A stretch of DNA of 60,366 nt, the filler included. It is 3 parts of 3 records of this genome, joined end to end, with 100 filler letters (N's around TTAATTAATTAA, not from the genome) between each part and the next. Parts side by side here need not be neighbours in the genome. Positions count along the whole stretch, not along the records: positions 1 to 19,076 come from SRR22947725_217; positions 19,177 to 42,941 come from SRR22947725_218; 1 more part is not named here. One strand, written 5' to 3'. The notes under the pieces are model-generated. The model had not been told where the DNA came from. It made no database searches and was given only the letters and a program-made list of their open reading frames with translations. Below, in pieces: positions 10,403-19,710 of this stretch. The translations under genes and the position numbers were made by a program. Each line of letters opens with the position of its first letter. Within the stretch, counting starts at the first letter, position 1.

Positions 10403-11500
10403 ATGACATTATCTAACATCGAAGAAGTCATAAAAGACGCTTCTGAAGGTAAAATTTTTATTTTAGTTGATGATGAAAATAGAGAAAATGAAGGTGATTT
10501 ATGTGTACTAGGTGAATATGCCACACCAGAATCTATTAACTTTATGGCTAAATATGGAAGAGGTCTTATCTGCCTATCTTTAACAAGGTCTCAATCAGAA
10601 AAATTAGGTCTTTCATTAATGGAAAGAAGGAATGAAGGCAGGTTTGAAACAGCATTTACTGTTTCGATTGAATCTAGAGAAGGTGTAACAACAGGTATTT
10701 CTGCATCGGACCGGTCACAGACAATAAAAACAGCAATAAACAAACATGCATTAAGTGGCGATATAACAACTCCTGGGCATGTTTTTCCACTCATTGCAAA
10801 AGATGGAGGTACACTAATAAGAGCAGGGCACACAGAGGCTGTAGTTGATATTGCCAAACTTGCTAATTCAAACCCATCTGGAGTTATTTGTGAAATAATG
10901 AATGATAATGGTGAAATGGCAAGGTTGCCAGATTTGATAAAATTTTCAAAAAAACACAATATTAAAATTGGTTCTATATCAGATTTAATTTCATATAGAC
11001 GAAAAAATGAAACGTTTATTACAAGAGTATCTGAATCAATTTTAGAAAGTAAATTTGGAGGTGATTGGAGAATAATAGTTTTTAAAAACATAATTGATAA
11101 CTCAGAGCATATGGCTCTAGTTAAAGGTGTTATTGATACTAAAGAAACTATTTTAGTTAGAGTTCATGCATTGGATTTGCTTTCTGATGTACTTGGTGAT
11201 CAATCTAGCAAAAGAAATGGCTCAGAATTATCTCTTGCTATGAATACAATAGCTAAAAATAAAAATGGTATAATTATATTAATAAGAGATTCTTCATCTG
11301 AATCTCTTTCTAAGAAAATTTCACAAATAATTGCTAAACCATCCCTAGAAAGTCAGAATGTAAGAGATATAGGAGTAGGAGCTCAAATTTTATTAGACCT
11401 TGGTGTAAAAAATATGACAGTATTATACAACTCATCAACTTCTGCAATAGGTTTAGATGGTTTTGGATTAACTATTAAGAACTGGAAAAAATTAGGTTAA
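10403..11500 (+). CDS. ribB: 3,4-dihydroxy-2-butanone-4-phosphate synthase fused to a degenerate GTP cyclohydrolase II domain (RibBX type)
   Basis: DDENRENEGD, TAFTVSI, TTGISA, PGHVFPL, RAGHTE; C-terminal RVH motif lacks the Zn-binding cysteines. Confidence 0.93.
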   Translation: MTLSNIEEVIKDASEGKIFILVDDENRENEGDLCVLGEYATPESINFMAKYGRGLICLSLTRSQSEKLGLSLMERRNEGRFETAFTVSIESREGVTTGISASDRSQTIKTAINKHALSGDITTPGHVFPLIAKDGGTLIRAGHTEAVVDIAKLANSNPSGVICEIMNDNGEMARLPDLIKFSKKHNIKIGSISDLISYRRKNETFITRVSESILESKFGGDWRIIVFKNIIDNSEHMALVKGVIDTKETILVRVHALDLLSDVLGDQSSKRNGSELSLAMNTIAKNKNGIIILIRDSSSESLSKKISQIIAKPSLESQNVRDIGVGAQILLDLGVKNMTVLYNSSTSAIGLDGFGLTIKNWKKLG

Positions 11501-11507
11501 TTAGTCA

Positions 11508-11963
11508 ATGTCAGTAAATAAAAATATACTCTTAGTATGTTCTCCATATTATCAACAGATTACAGATAATTTAATAAAGGGTGCAATAAAGGTCCTAAAA
11601 TCAAAATCTGTTGATTATAAACTCTTATATGTTCCAGGTGCTTTGGAAATTGCACCAGCGATTAAATTAATATATGAAAAATCAAAAAATAACCCTGTTA
11701 TTCATGGCTATATTGCTCTTGGATGTGTTATTAGAGGCGAAACTTATCATTTTGAAATTGTTTCAAATGAATCAGCAAGAGCTTTGTGTGAATTATCAAT
11801 TAAATTTTCAATTCCTATAGGTAATGGAATTTTAACTGTTGAAAATGAAAAGCAAGCATTAGAAAGGTCAGACCCCAAAAAATTAAATAAAGGTGCAGGA
11901 GCCGCTGAAGCGTGTTTATCATTAATGGATATAAAAAACAGTGATATCTATGACAAATCTTGA
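11508..11963 (+). CDS. ribH: 6,7-dimethyl-8-ribityllumazine synthase
   Basis: VPGALEI, LGCVIRGETYHF, GILT, NKG.GAA. Confidence 0.96.
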   Translation: MSVNKNILLVCSPYYQQITDNLIKGAIKVLKSKSVDYKLLYVPGALEIAPAIKLIYEKSKNNPVIHGYIALGCVIRGETYHFEIVSNESARALCELSIKFSIPIGNGILTVENEKQALERSDPKKLNKGAGAAEACLSLMDIKNSDIYDKS

Positions 11964-12420
11964 AACAAAATCATTAAATAATATTAGACATTTATCAATA
12001 AGAAAAAAAACAGCTTCTAGGATTTGTTCTACACAGGTTCTATATGAGGCTTCTTTTTTAATAAATGAAATTGACATAATTATTGAATATTACTTAAAAA
12101 ACCATTTAATACATGTACTATCGAGTTTAAATATTAAAAGTTTTGACAGAGATTTATTTAATTCGATTATTAAAGGAGTAGAAAAAAACTTACCAAAACT
12201 TGATCAAATTATATCAGATAACTTGTCTAAAGATTGGTCATTCGAAAGGCTAAGCAAAACTGAGATATCTATTTTAAGATCAGCTGCTTTTGAATTATGC
12301 CTTTTAAAACGATTTAATAAAGTAACTATTATTAATGAGTACATTAGTATTATTGAAGCTTTTGGTGGAAATACAAATTTTGCTAACGGAATATTAGAAA
12401 AAATTTCTTTGTCAAGCTGA
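11950..12420 (+). CDS. nusB: Transcription antitermination factor NusB
   Basis: Q.LYE, LSKDWSFERL, ILR.A.FEL, INEY, FANGILE; follows ribH; ATG at 11950 preferred over GTG 11941. Confidence 0.9.
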   Translation: MTNLETKSLNNIRHLSIRKKTASRICSTQVLYEASFLINEIDIIIEYYLKNHLIHVLSSLNIKSFDRDLFNSIIKGVEKNLPKLDQIISDNLSKDWSFERLSKTEISILRSAAFELCLLKRFNKVTIINEYISIIEAFGGNTNFANGILEKISLSS

Positions 12421-12435
12421 CGAAAAATATATAAA

Positions 12436-13371
12436 ATGAACGAATTTGAATTTATTAATAAATATTTTAAGCCGCTTACTTCTAAAGAAGCTCAAAACCT
12501 TATAAATGATGCTGCTTTATATAAACCAAAACTTAATACCGATATTGTAATAAGCACAGATACTTTAGCTGAAGGTATTCATTTTTTTGGTAATGAAAAT
12601 CCTAGAGATATAGCAAAAAAATGTTTAAGAGTAAATTTGTCTGATATGGCCGCAATGGGTGCTAAACCTGTTTTTTATAATTTATCTATAAGTGTTCCCA
12701 AAAACAAAGCAAATATTTTTATACCAGCATTTGCTAAAGGCTTAAAAGAAGATCAAGAAGCTTATAACATAAAATTAATTGGAGGAGACTTAACGGCCTC
12801 TTTAAAGCATATAAATATTACTATAACTATTTTTGGCGAAATACCATCTGATCAAGCAATATCAAGAAATGGAGCCAAGATCAATGATTTCTTATATGTA
12901 ACTGGTTATTTAGGCTTGTCGAAAGTAGGTCTTGATAACTATTCATCAAATTCTAAAGATCTTAGGCAAGCTAAACAAAAATATTTACTTCCTCAACCTC
13001 GTGTTAAGCTAGGAATGGAATTAAGAGACATTGCAACATCTATGATAGATGTTTCAGATGGTCTTGTACAAGACGCAACTCACTTAGCTATAAATTCCAA
13101 CTTATCATTAGAACTAAATATTAATCAATTACCATTACCTACTTTAAAATCTATACAAAAAAAAGAACTTTTAAATGCTGCTTTATATGGCGGTGATGAT
13201 TATGAATTATTATTTTCTTGTAAGGAAAATGAATCACGTTTAGAGGATCTTTCTAAACAGTGCGATGTAAAGATAACAAAAATAGGTGTTTTCAAAAAAT
13301 TTCAAAAAATATATTTAAATTTTAAAGGATTTAACGAATTGCCTAAAAAGATATCTTACTCACACTTTTAG
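12436..13371 (+). CDS. thiL: Thiamine-monophosphate kinase
   Basis: MNEFEFI, EGIHF, NLSDMAAMGA, IGGD, IDVSDGL, GGDDYEL. Confidence 0.96.
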   Translation: MNEFEFINKYFKPLTSKEAQNLINDAALYKPKLNTDIVISTDTLAEGIHFFGNENPRDIAKKCLRVNLSDMAAMGAKPVFYNLSISVPKNKANIFIPAFAKGLKEDQEAYNIKLIGGDLTASLKHINITITIFGEIPSDQAISRNGAKINDFLYVTGYLGLSKVGLDNYSSNSKDLRQAKQKYLLPQPRVKLGMELRDIATSMIDVSDGLVQDATHLAINSNLSLELNINQLPLPTLKSIQKKELLNAALYGGDDYELLFSCKENESRLEDLSKQCDVKITKIGVFKKFQKIYLNFKGFNELPKKISYSHF

Positions 13372-13802
13372 TCTTCGACATTTCTTCTTCTTAAATTATT
13401 TATTATGTCTTTCCAAAATTGTATTGAAGTATTATTTTTTTCTAGAGAGTTCTTTTTAGAAATTTTAACATTTTTGGAATCAAATTTGTTATATTTTTTA
13501 ATTTTGTTTACTATATTTTTATCATTAAATGTAATTTCAAAAACAACTAAATTTAATGTTTTTCTGTCACTTAAATTTTTATAACCTGTTACGTGAGAGA
13601 CATAGTAAACAGTGTTTTTATTGAAAACACTATCAAAAACTGGAGGTCCATATTTTTTTATTAAATTTGATTTTGTAGTTATTCCCTCTTCAATTTTAAT
13701 TTCATTAATTTTAACACTTGATAATCCAGTTTTTTGAATTTTTTGGCTACATGATGCATTAAAAAATATTACCAATATCAGAATAAATTTTAAATAAAAC
13801 AT
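13368..13802 (-). CDS. bamE: Outer membrane assembly lipoprotein BamE/SmpA
   Basis: Lipobox-like NASC, G.TTK..L...YGPP, YYVS; alphaproteobacterial position divergent from the Cbp3-like gene. Confidence 0.75.
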   Translation of the reverse strand: MFYLKFILILVIFFNASCSQKIQKTGLSSVKINEIKIEEGITTKSNLIKKYGPPVFDSVFNKNTVYYVSHVTGYKNLSDRKTLNLVVFEITFNDKNIVNKIKKYNKFDSKNVKISKKNSLEKNNTSIQFWKDIINNLRRRNVED

Positions 13803-13865
13803 GTACTTGGTCCTAATTTTGTTATAGAAGATAATTTTTTATATCACGTCATTAAATATATATAA

Positions 13866-14402
13866 ATGTTTTTAAACTCTTATCTCAATGCTAACTCAGA
13901 AAACCAAGCTTTAATTGATGGCATATACGAAAAAGTTGTATTAATTTCACGTAATAAGTCCTTTTATACAAAATTATCTGTTCCAGATACTATAGATGGT
14001 AGATTTGATCTTTTGGTTTTGTTTTCAGTCATTGTAATATTTTTTCTTAATCAATCTGGTGCTAATGGCAAATTATTATCACAAATGTTATTTGATAAAA
14101 TTTTTCTAGACCTTGACCTCAGTTTAAGGGAAGTGGGTGCAGGTGATGCAGGTGTTAATATCAAAATAAAAAAAATGGTTCAATCATATATGGGTCGTCA
14201 AAAAGTTTATTGTGAGAGCTTGGAAAACAAAGATTTTCAATCTTTGAAGAAATCCATAGCTAATAACGTATATCGAAACCTTGATAATTATTTAAATTAT
14301 CCAGATCTTCTTAATAATTATTGTAAAAAAGTATATCTTTTATTTTCTAATAAAAAAGAAGATTACTTTTCTTTAAATAAACTAGAGTTCCCTGACATTT
14401 GA
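13866..14402 (+). CDS. Ubiquinol-cytochrome c chaperone (Cbp3 family)
   Basis: VPDTIDGRFDLL, DLDLSLREVGAGD.GV..KIKKM...Y.GR...Y. Confidence 0.9.
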   Translation: MFLNSYLNANSENQALIDGIYEKVVLISRNKSFYTKLSVPDTIDGRFDLLVLFSVIVIFFLNQSGANGKLLSQMLFDKIFLDLDLSLREVGAGDAGVNIKIKKMVQSYMGRQKVYCESLENKDFQSLKKSIANNVYRNLDNYLNYPDLLNNYCKKVYLLFSNKKEDYFSLNKLEFPDI

Positions 14403-14502
14403 TTGTTAAATTTTGTATTATTAATTTTTAAATGTTAATAATTTGCATTAGTTAAGTGAAATTGTTAATAAATTATAACATTTTTACAATTCAAAATAAT
14501 TA

Positions 14503-15534
14503 ATGGAGTTTTTTTTGACCAAGCCTATTCATATATCCTTGGACGCTATGGGTGGTGATTATGCTCCAGACATCATAATTAACGGTGCAGCACAAGCTAA
14601 ATTACGTTATCCTAACTTGATTTTTTCTTTTTTTGGAGATCAAACTAAATTAAATCCTCTTACACATGCTTTAAATCTGTCTTCTTTTTCTAATGTAATT
14701 CATACTAATGAAGTAATTAATTCATCTGATAAGCCAAGTACTGCATTACGAAAAGGTAAGAATTCGTCAATGGGTATGTCAATACAGTTAGTAAAATCTG
14801 GAAAAGCTGATGCAATAGTTTCAGCGGGTAATACTGGCGCTTTAATGGCTATGTCTAAGTTGATTTTAAGGCCAATTGATGGAATAATTAGGCCGGCTAT
14901 TGCAGCTTGTTTTCCAACAATTAATGGTGAAAGCTGTATGTTAGATTTAGGAGCAAATATTGAATGTGATTACAAAAATTTAGTTCAGTTTGCGTTCATG
15001 GGACAAGCATTTGCTAGGATCGTGATGGGAGTAAAAGACCCTAGTGTATCTCTTCTCAATGTAGGAGAGGAAGAACAAAAAGGTCTTGATTATATTAAAG
15101 AAGCATCCAGAGTTTTATATTCTTTAAACAATGAAATAAATTATAAAGGATTTATAGAGGGCGATAAAATAGCAAAAGGTTTTTCTGATGTAATAGTTGC
15201 AGATGGTTTTAGCGGAAACATTTCTTTAAAAACTGCAGAAGGTACAGCACAACTTGTTACATCTTACTTAAAAGGTGCATTTTCTAGTTCTTTAAGCTCT
15301 AAGATTGGATATTTATTTGCTAAAAAAGCAATTAATAACTTTAAGTTGCAAATGGACCCTAGAAAATATAATGGAGCAGTATTTCTTGGATTAAATGGAG
15401 TTGCCGTCAAAAGTCATGGTGGAACGGACGCTTTTGGGTTTGCTAATGCTATTGGGGTGGCAGTTGATATGGTTCAACATAATTTTATTTCAGATTTGAA
15501 AAATAAAATAAGTAAATCAAATTTAAATTTTTAA
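14503..15534 (+). CDS. plsX: Phosphate acyltransferase PlsX
   Basis: LDAMGGD.AP, VSAGNTGA, RPAIA, LDLGAN, DGFSGN, KSHG. Confidence 0.97.
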   Translation: MEFFLTKPIHISLDAMGGDYAPDIIINGAAQAKLRYPNLIFSFFGDQTKLNPLTHALNLSSFSNVIHTNEVINSSDKPSTALRKGKNSSMGMSIQLVKSGKADAIVSAGNTGALMAMSKLILRPIDGIIRPAIAACFPTINGESCMLDLGANIECDYKNLVQFAFMGQAFARIVMGVKDPSVSLLNVGEEEQKGLDYIKEASRVLYSLNNEINYKGFIEGDKIAKGFSDVIVADGFSGNISLKTAEGTAQLVTSYLKGAFSSSLSSKIGYLFAKKAINNFKLQMDPRKYNGAVFLGLNGVAVKSHGGTDAFGFANAIGVAVDMVQHNFISDLKNKISKSNLNF

Positions 15535-15554
15535 ACTGTTTTTTAGGATTAATA

Positions 15555-16541
15555 ATGATTTCTAATAAGGTACTTTTAACAAGTTCAGGATCTTACCTTC
15601 CCAATAATATATATTCAAATGATGCCCTTTCAGAATTTATTGACACTTCTGATGAATGGATATTTAAAAGATCTGGTATTAAAAATAGACATTTTGTATC
15701 ACAGAATGAAACCACTTCTGATTTAGCTTTATACGCTGCTTTAAAAGCTATCGAAAATTCTACTTTAGACAAAGATGATATAAACCTAATAATTGTGGCT
15801 ACAACAACACCTGATAATACATTTCCTTCAACTGCAACAATGGTTCAAAAAAAATTAGATATTAAGGGTGCTGCGTTTGATATTCAAGCAGTTTGTGCAG
15901 GTTTTGTTTTTGCTCTATCCGTAGCTAAGTCATTGATGAAAGATAATAACTATAAAAATTGTCTTGTTATTGGAGCAGACTCAATGTCTAAACTTCTTGA
16001 TTGGAAAGATAGATCTACAGCTGTATTATTTGGTGACGGAGCAGGCGCAGTAATTTTAGAAAACAAAGAAAATATTGATAATAAACTTGATGATTGGGGA
16101 ATTTTATCTAATGTAATTCACTCTGACGGAGATTATTATGATCTTTTAAAAACTAATGGGGGAGTTTCTACAGATCAAAAAATTGGATTTATTGAAATGG
16201 CAGGGAAAGAAATATTCAAGCACGCAGTAGAAAAATTATCTCTGTCATTTCAAGAAGCTTTAAAGTTATCATATAAAAATATAAAACAAATAGATTGGTT
16301 GATTCCTCATCAGGCAAATCAAAGAATTTTGTTAGCTGTTGCTGATAGATTGAAAATTGATCCTGTTAAAGTAATTTCAACAGTAATGCACCATGGTAAC
16401 ACCTCAGCTGCTTCAATTCCATTGGCTCTAGATTATGCTATAAACAACAATAAAGTTAGAAACGGTAATCTTATTGGGTTTCAGGCTATTGGTGGAGGTT
16501 TAAGCTGGGGTGCTTCAGTTGTTAGATATGGTAAACCATAA
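15555..16541 (+). CDS. fabH: 3-oxoacyl-ACP synthase III
   Basis: DTSDEWI, AVCAGF, LFGDGAGA, PHQAN, GNTSAAS. Confidence 0.97.
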   Translation: MISNKVLLTSSGSYLPNNIYSNDALSEFIDTSDEWIFKRSGIKNRHFVSQNETTSDLALYAALKAIENSTLDKDDINLIIVATTTPDNTFPSTATMVQKKLDIKGAAFDIQAVCAGFVFALSVAKSLMKDNNYKNCLVIGADSMSKLLDWKDRSTAVLFGDGAGAVILENKENIDNKLDDWGILSNVIHSDGDYYDLLKTNGGVSTDQKIGFIEMAGKEIFKHAVEKLSLSFQEALKLSYKNIKQIDWLIPHQANQRILLAVADRLKIDPVKVISTVMHHGNTSAASIPLALDYAINNNKVRNGNLIGFQAIGGGLSWGASVVRYGKP

Positions 16542-16590
16542 AAATAAAAAAAATACTTTTATCTTATAAAATTTAGACTAATATGTTAGC

Positions 16591-16875
16591 ATGAATAAAA
16601 CTTTAACCAGAAATGAATTAATTGAAGTAATCAGTGATAAAGTGGGTATATCTTTAAATCATTCTTCTGAAATGATTGAAAATATATTTGATTTTATATT
16701 AACAGAACTTGAAAGTGGACATGATGTTAAAATTTCTTCTTTTGGTACTTTCAAAGTAAAGCATAAAAACCTAAGGATGGGAAGAAATCCTAAAACAGGT
16801 GTTGATGTTCCGATTAAGCCTAGAAATGTGGTTTCATTTTATTCTTCTAATGTTTTAAGGTCAAAATTTAAATAA
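16591..16875 (+). CDS. ihfA: Integration host factor alpha
   Basis: VKISSFG.F, R.GRNPKTG; follows fabH. Confidence 0.93.
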   Translation: MNKTLTRNELIEVISDKVGISLNHSSEMIENIFDFILTELESGHDVKISSFGTFKVKHKNLRMGRNPKTGVDVPIKPRNVVSFYSSNVLRSKFK

Positions 16876-16890
16876 TATTGATGTTTTTTT

Positions 16891-17229
16891 ATGTATGACG
16901 ATAACTCATATTTTACTATATCAAAGACAGCTGATTTAATTGGAGTACGTTCCCATGTTTTAAGATTCTGGGAAAAAAAATTTCTTTCACTTAATCCTAA
17001 AAAAGATATTAGTGGTAGAAGGTTTTATTCTTCTTCAGACATCAAATTTTTATTGTTTATTAAAAAACTACTGTATGTTGATGGGTTTACTATCAAAGGT
17101 GCAGTAAACTATATTATTGAGCAAAATAAGAACAAAACAACATATGAAGAAAAATGTGTTTCTGATGAGATCGATAAGGCATTAAATTTGTTAAAACAAG
17201 GAACTAATTTACTTAATAAAAATTTATAG
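16891..17229 (+). CDS. MerR-family regulator (ihfA-associated)
   Basis: HVLRFWE, GRRFY, LLY.DGFTIKGA. Confidence 0.9.
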   Translation: MYDDNSYFTISKTADLIGVRSHVLRFWEKKFLSLNPKKDISGRRFYSSSDIKFLLFIKKLLYVDGFTIKGAVNYIIEQNKNKTTYEEKCVSDEIDKALNLLKQGTNLLNKNL

Positions 17230-17234
17230 CTCTT

Positions 17235-19076
17235 TTACTGAACTTCGGTATTTAATAAGAAATTTTCTAAATCATTATAATTTCTTACTAGTTTATGTTT
17301 GGTTGCTAAGTTTTTTATAAAGTAATTAGAATAATCATTAAAAAAACTCTTTGATAAAGACAGGTTTAGATTATTATTAATTTCAATATTTTTTTGATAA
17401 TTATCAACTTTACGGTTTTTAACTTTAACAGCTATAACGCCATCAACTGTATTTAAAAAGTTTATATCTTTATTGTCTATTTCAAAAATATTAAAAATCA
17501 ATGAGTTGTCAGAAAAGTTGTCTAAACTTTTCTGATTTCTTTTAATGGTGCTGTTTGACTTAAGATTTTCATTTTTTGATAAGATTAATTTTTTTAATTT
17601 CGCTTTGGTTTGATTTACAACTTCAATTGAGGTCCATTGATCTAAGACTTTTTCTCTTACTTGTTCAAAAGCTAACATTTCTTTACTGTTTTCTCTTATT
17701 ACTTGAATTAATGCATAAGTATCGTTTTTTAAGTCAATTATATCACTTGTTTCATTTAATTTAGTCATCCAAATATTTTTTAAAAAGTCTTCACCTTTAT
17801 TAAAAAAAGTTTTGTTTTTAGTATATGAATGCAAAAAACTATCCTCAGAAACCTTATTGAGTTGTTTTACAAATATTTTCTTTTTAAATATATCAGATCT
17901 AGTAATTTCTTCTAGATTATTACCTTCGGCTATTAAATCTTCAATCAAATCAAGTTTTTCATATAGTATTTCAATAGATAATTCATTTAACAGATTTAGT
18001 TTAATGTCTTTAATAATATCTTCATATTTTATTTCAGTTTTAGAAATAATATTAACAATCTTGTAAACATTGAAACCAAACTCAGTTTTTAAAGGTCCAA
18101 TTACATCATTTTTTTTACCAGAAAACAAAGGTTCTGCACTTATGTCAGGTAACTCTTTTTTAGTAAGTAAGCCTAAACTTATATCATCTTTGGAAAGATT
18201 AAATATCTTTGACGCCGCAGTTTGGAATGGTGTACCGTCATTTATTAATTTTCTAAGCTCATCAACTTTATTTTTTTCTTGAGATGTAATTTGATAAATT
18301 TCTCTTTTTTCGGCTGTTATATATTTTGATTTATCGATTTCATATTTATCATCAATTTGTTTTTTTGTAATTTTTACTTGATCGTGAAAATCAGATGGTT
18401 TTATTTCAATATATTTAATATCTCTTGTCTTTGGGAAAACATAGGAGGATTTATTGGTTCTAAAAAACTCTTCTAAAGTTTTTATCTCAGGCTGTTGAAT
18501 ATCTTTTTTATTTAAGTATTTCATGAATTCAAATTCAATATCTCTTACTTCGTTTTGGTAATCAATTATAGCTTTAACAATTTTGTTGTCATAAGTGTGA
18601 TTTAACTGAAAAGGCATTGAAATTTGTTTAAAGTTTCCTTCTGTTTGAATCATTTCAAGGTATTTCTTTTCTGTTAAACCGGCGTTATTAAGAGATTGAA
18701 AATATTTATTTTCAGAAAATTTTCCAAGTGGATTTTTAAAAGCACTCTCATTTCTAACAGCTTTAGTTTGAACAGATAATGGAACATGTAAGTTAAGAAA
18801 ATCTGCTTCTTTATTAATAAGTATTTCTTGTTCGAATTTATTTAATACGTTTTGAAGCATCCCATTTTTTAAAGTATCTTGTAAAGATGGTCGTTGGGGT
18901 AGGGAGTATCTTAATTTATTTAGCTCGTAAATAACTTCTTCCGTTGATATTTCTTTATTTTCAACTGAAAGAACAGGTTTGTTATTAGCACCCCCAGTTA
19001 AATCACCAACACCCCATAAAGCAAAGCCACAAATTAAAAATCCTAAAAAAATTTTAAAAAAAATTGATTGAGTTTG
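17235..19076 (-). CDS. ppiD: PpiD/SurA-N periplasmic chaperone/PPIase (5'-truncated at contig end)
   Basis: Frame stays open upstream of 18860 to the contig edge, giving TM anchor KIFLGFLICGFALWGVGD; rotamase-like LGLL...GPLKTEFGF. Confidence 0.8.
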   Translation of the reverse strand, partial: QTQSIFFKIFLGFLICGFALWGVGDLTGGANNKPVLSVENKEISTEEVIYELNKLRYSLPQRPSLQDTLKNGMLQNVLNKFEQEILINKEADFLNLHVPLSVQTKAVRNESAFKNPLGKFSENKYFQSLNNAGLTEKKYLEMIQTEGNFKQISMPFQLNHTYDNKIVKAIIDYQNEVRDIEFEFMKYLNKKDIQQPEIKTLEEFFRTNKSSYVFPKTRDIKYIEIKPSDFHDQVKITKKQIDDKYEIDKSKYITAEKREIYQITSQEKNKVDELRKLINDGTPFQTAASKIFNLSKDDISLGLLTKKELPDISAEPLFSGKKNDVIGPLKTEFGFNVYKIVNIISKTEIKYEDIIKDIKLNLLNELSIEILYEKLDLIEDLIAEGNNLEEITRSDIFKKKIFVKQLNKVSEDSFLHSYTKNKTFFNKGEDFLKNIWMTKLNETSDIIDLKNDTYALIQVIRENSKEMLAFEQVREKVLDQWTSIEVVNQTKAKLKKLILSKNENLKSNSTIKRNQKSLDNFSDNSLIFNIFEIDNKDINFLNTVDGVIAVKVKNRKVDNYQKNIEINNNLNLSLSKSFFNDYSNYFIKNLATKHKLVRNYNDLENFLLNTEVQ

Positions 19077-19176
19077 NNNNNNNNNNNNNNNNNNNNNNNN
19101 NNNNNNNNNNNNNNNNNNNNTTAATTAATTAANNNNNNNNNNNNNNNNNNNNNNNNNNNNNNNNNNNNNNNNNNNN
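19077..19176. other. Artificial contig-joining spacer (N44-TTAATTAATTAA-N44)
   Basis: Ns flank a 12-mer with stops in all six frames; ppiD is cut at the edge; gene repertoire changes across it. Confidence 0.99.
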
Positions 19177-19178
19177 TT

Positions 19179-19206
19179 AAAAAGCCCAGTTTACTGGGCT
19201 TTTTTT
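19179..19206. terminator. Intrinsic, probably bidirectional, terminator
   Basis: AAAAAGCCCAG-TTTA-CTGGGCTTTTTTT: GC-rich stem flanked by A and T tracts. Confidence 0.85.
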
Positions 19207-19224
19207 ATGTCTATAATAAAGCCT

Positions 19225-19704
19225 ATGAAAAATAACTTTCCATATCAAGCGAAGAAAATTACAGTAACAAAAGACATGTGTGATCATAATGACCATATGA
19301 ATGTAGCTTATTATTATCAAGCTTTTGATTTAGGCTATACACCAATGTATTTTAATGAGATGGGATTTTCTGATGCATATTTTGAATCTGGTTTCTCAAC
19401 ATTTACTCTCGAAGATAATATTAGATACTTAAAAGAATTCAGGCTAGGTGATCTAATGCAACCAGCATTTTGTTTATATAATGTTAATAATAAACTAGTG
19501 CATATCGCAGGAGGCCTTTATGATAAAGATAATGCTCTATGCGCTATTTTTGAAACTATTTTAGGCCACATAGATATGAATAAGAGGCAAACTACAAATT
19601 TTTCTGATAACAGACTTAAAACCCTATTAAATTTAAAGGATGATCACGCTAATGGTTTTAAAATACCCTTTGAATTAAAATTAAAGATCAAAGACTTGGT
19701 TTAA
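19225..19704 (+). CDS. Thioesterase (4HBT/hotdog family)
   Basis: DHNDHMNVAYY, FTLE.NIRYLKE, HIDM..R; ATG 19225 preferred because 19207 abuts the terminator. Confidence 0.85.
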   Translation: MKNNFPYQAKKITVTKDMCDHNDHMNVAYYYQAFDLGYTPMYFNEMGFSDAYFESGFSTFTLEDNIRYLKEFRLGDLMQPAFCLYNVNNKLVHIAGGLYDKDNALCAIFETILGHIDMNKRQTTNFSDNRLKTLLNLKDDHANGFKIPFELKLKIKDLV

Positions 19705-19710
19705 TACATT

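Noticed and set aside
10591-11091. Long antisense ORFs (also 26791-27135, 34815-35171, 52417-52911, 53035-53487 and others)
   Set aside because: Lie opposite well-supported genes and show no recognisable motifs
19121-19132. TTAATTAATTAA palindrome, repeated at 42986-42997
   Set aside because: Synthetic six-frame-stop linker inside N runs, not a biological repeat
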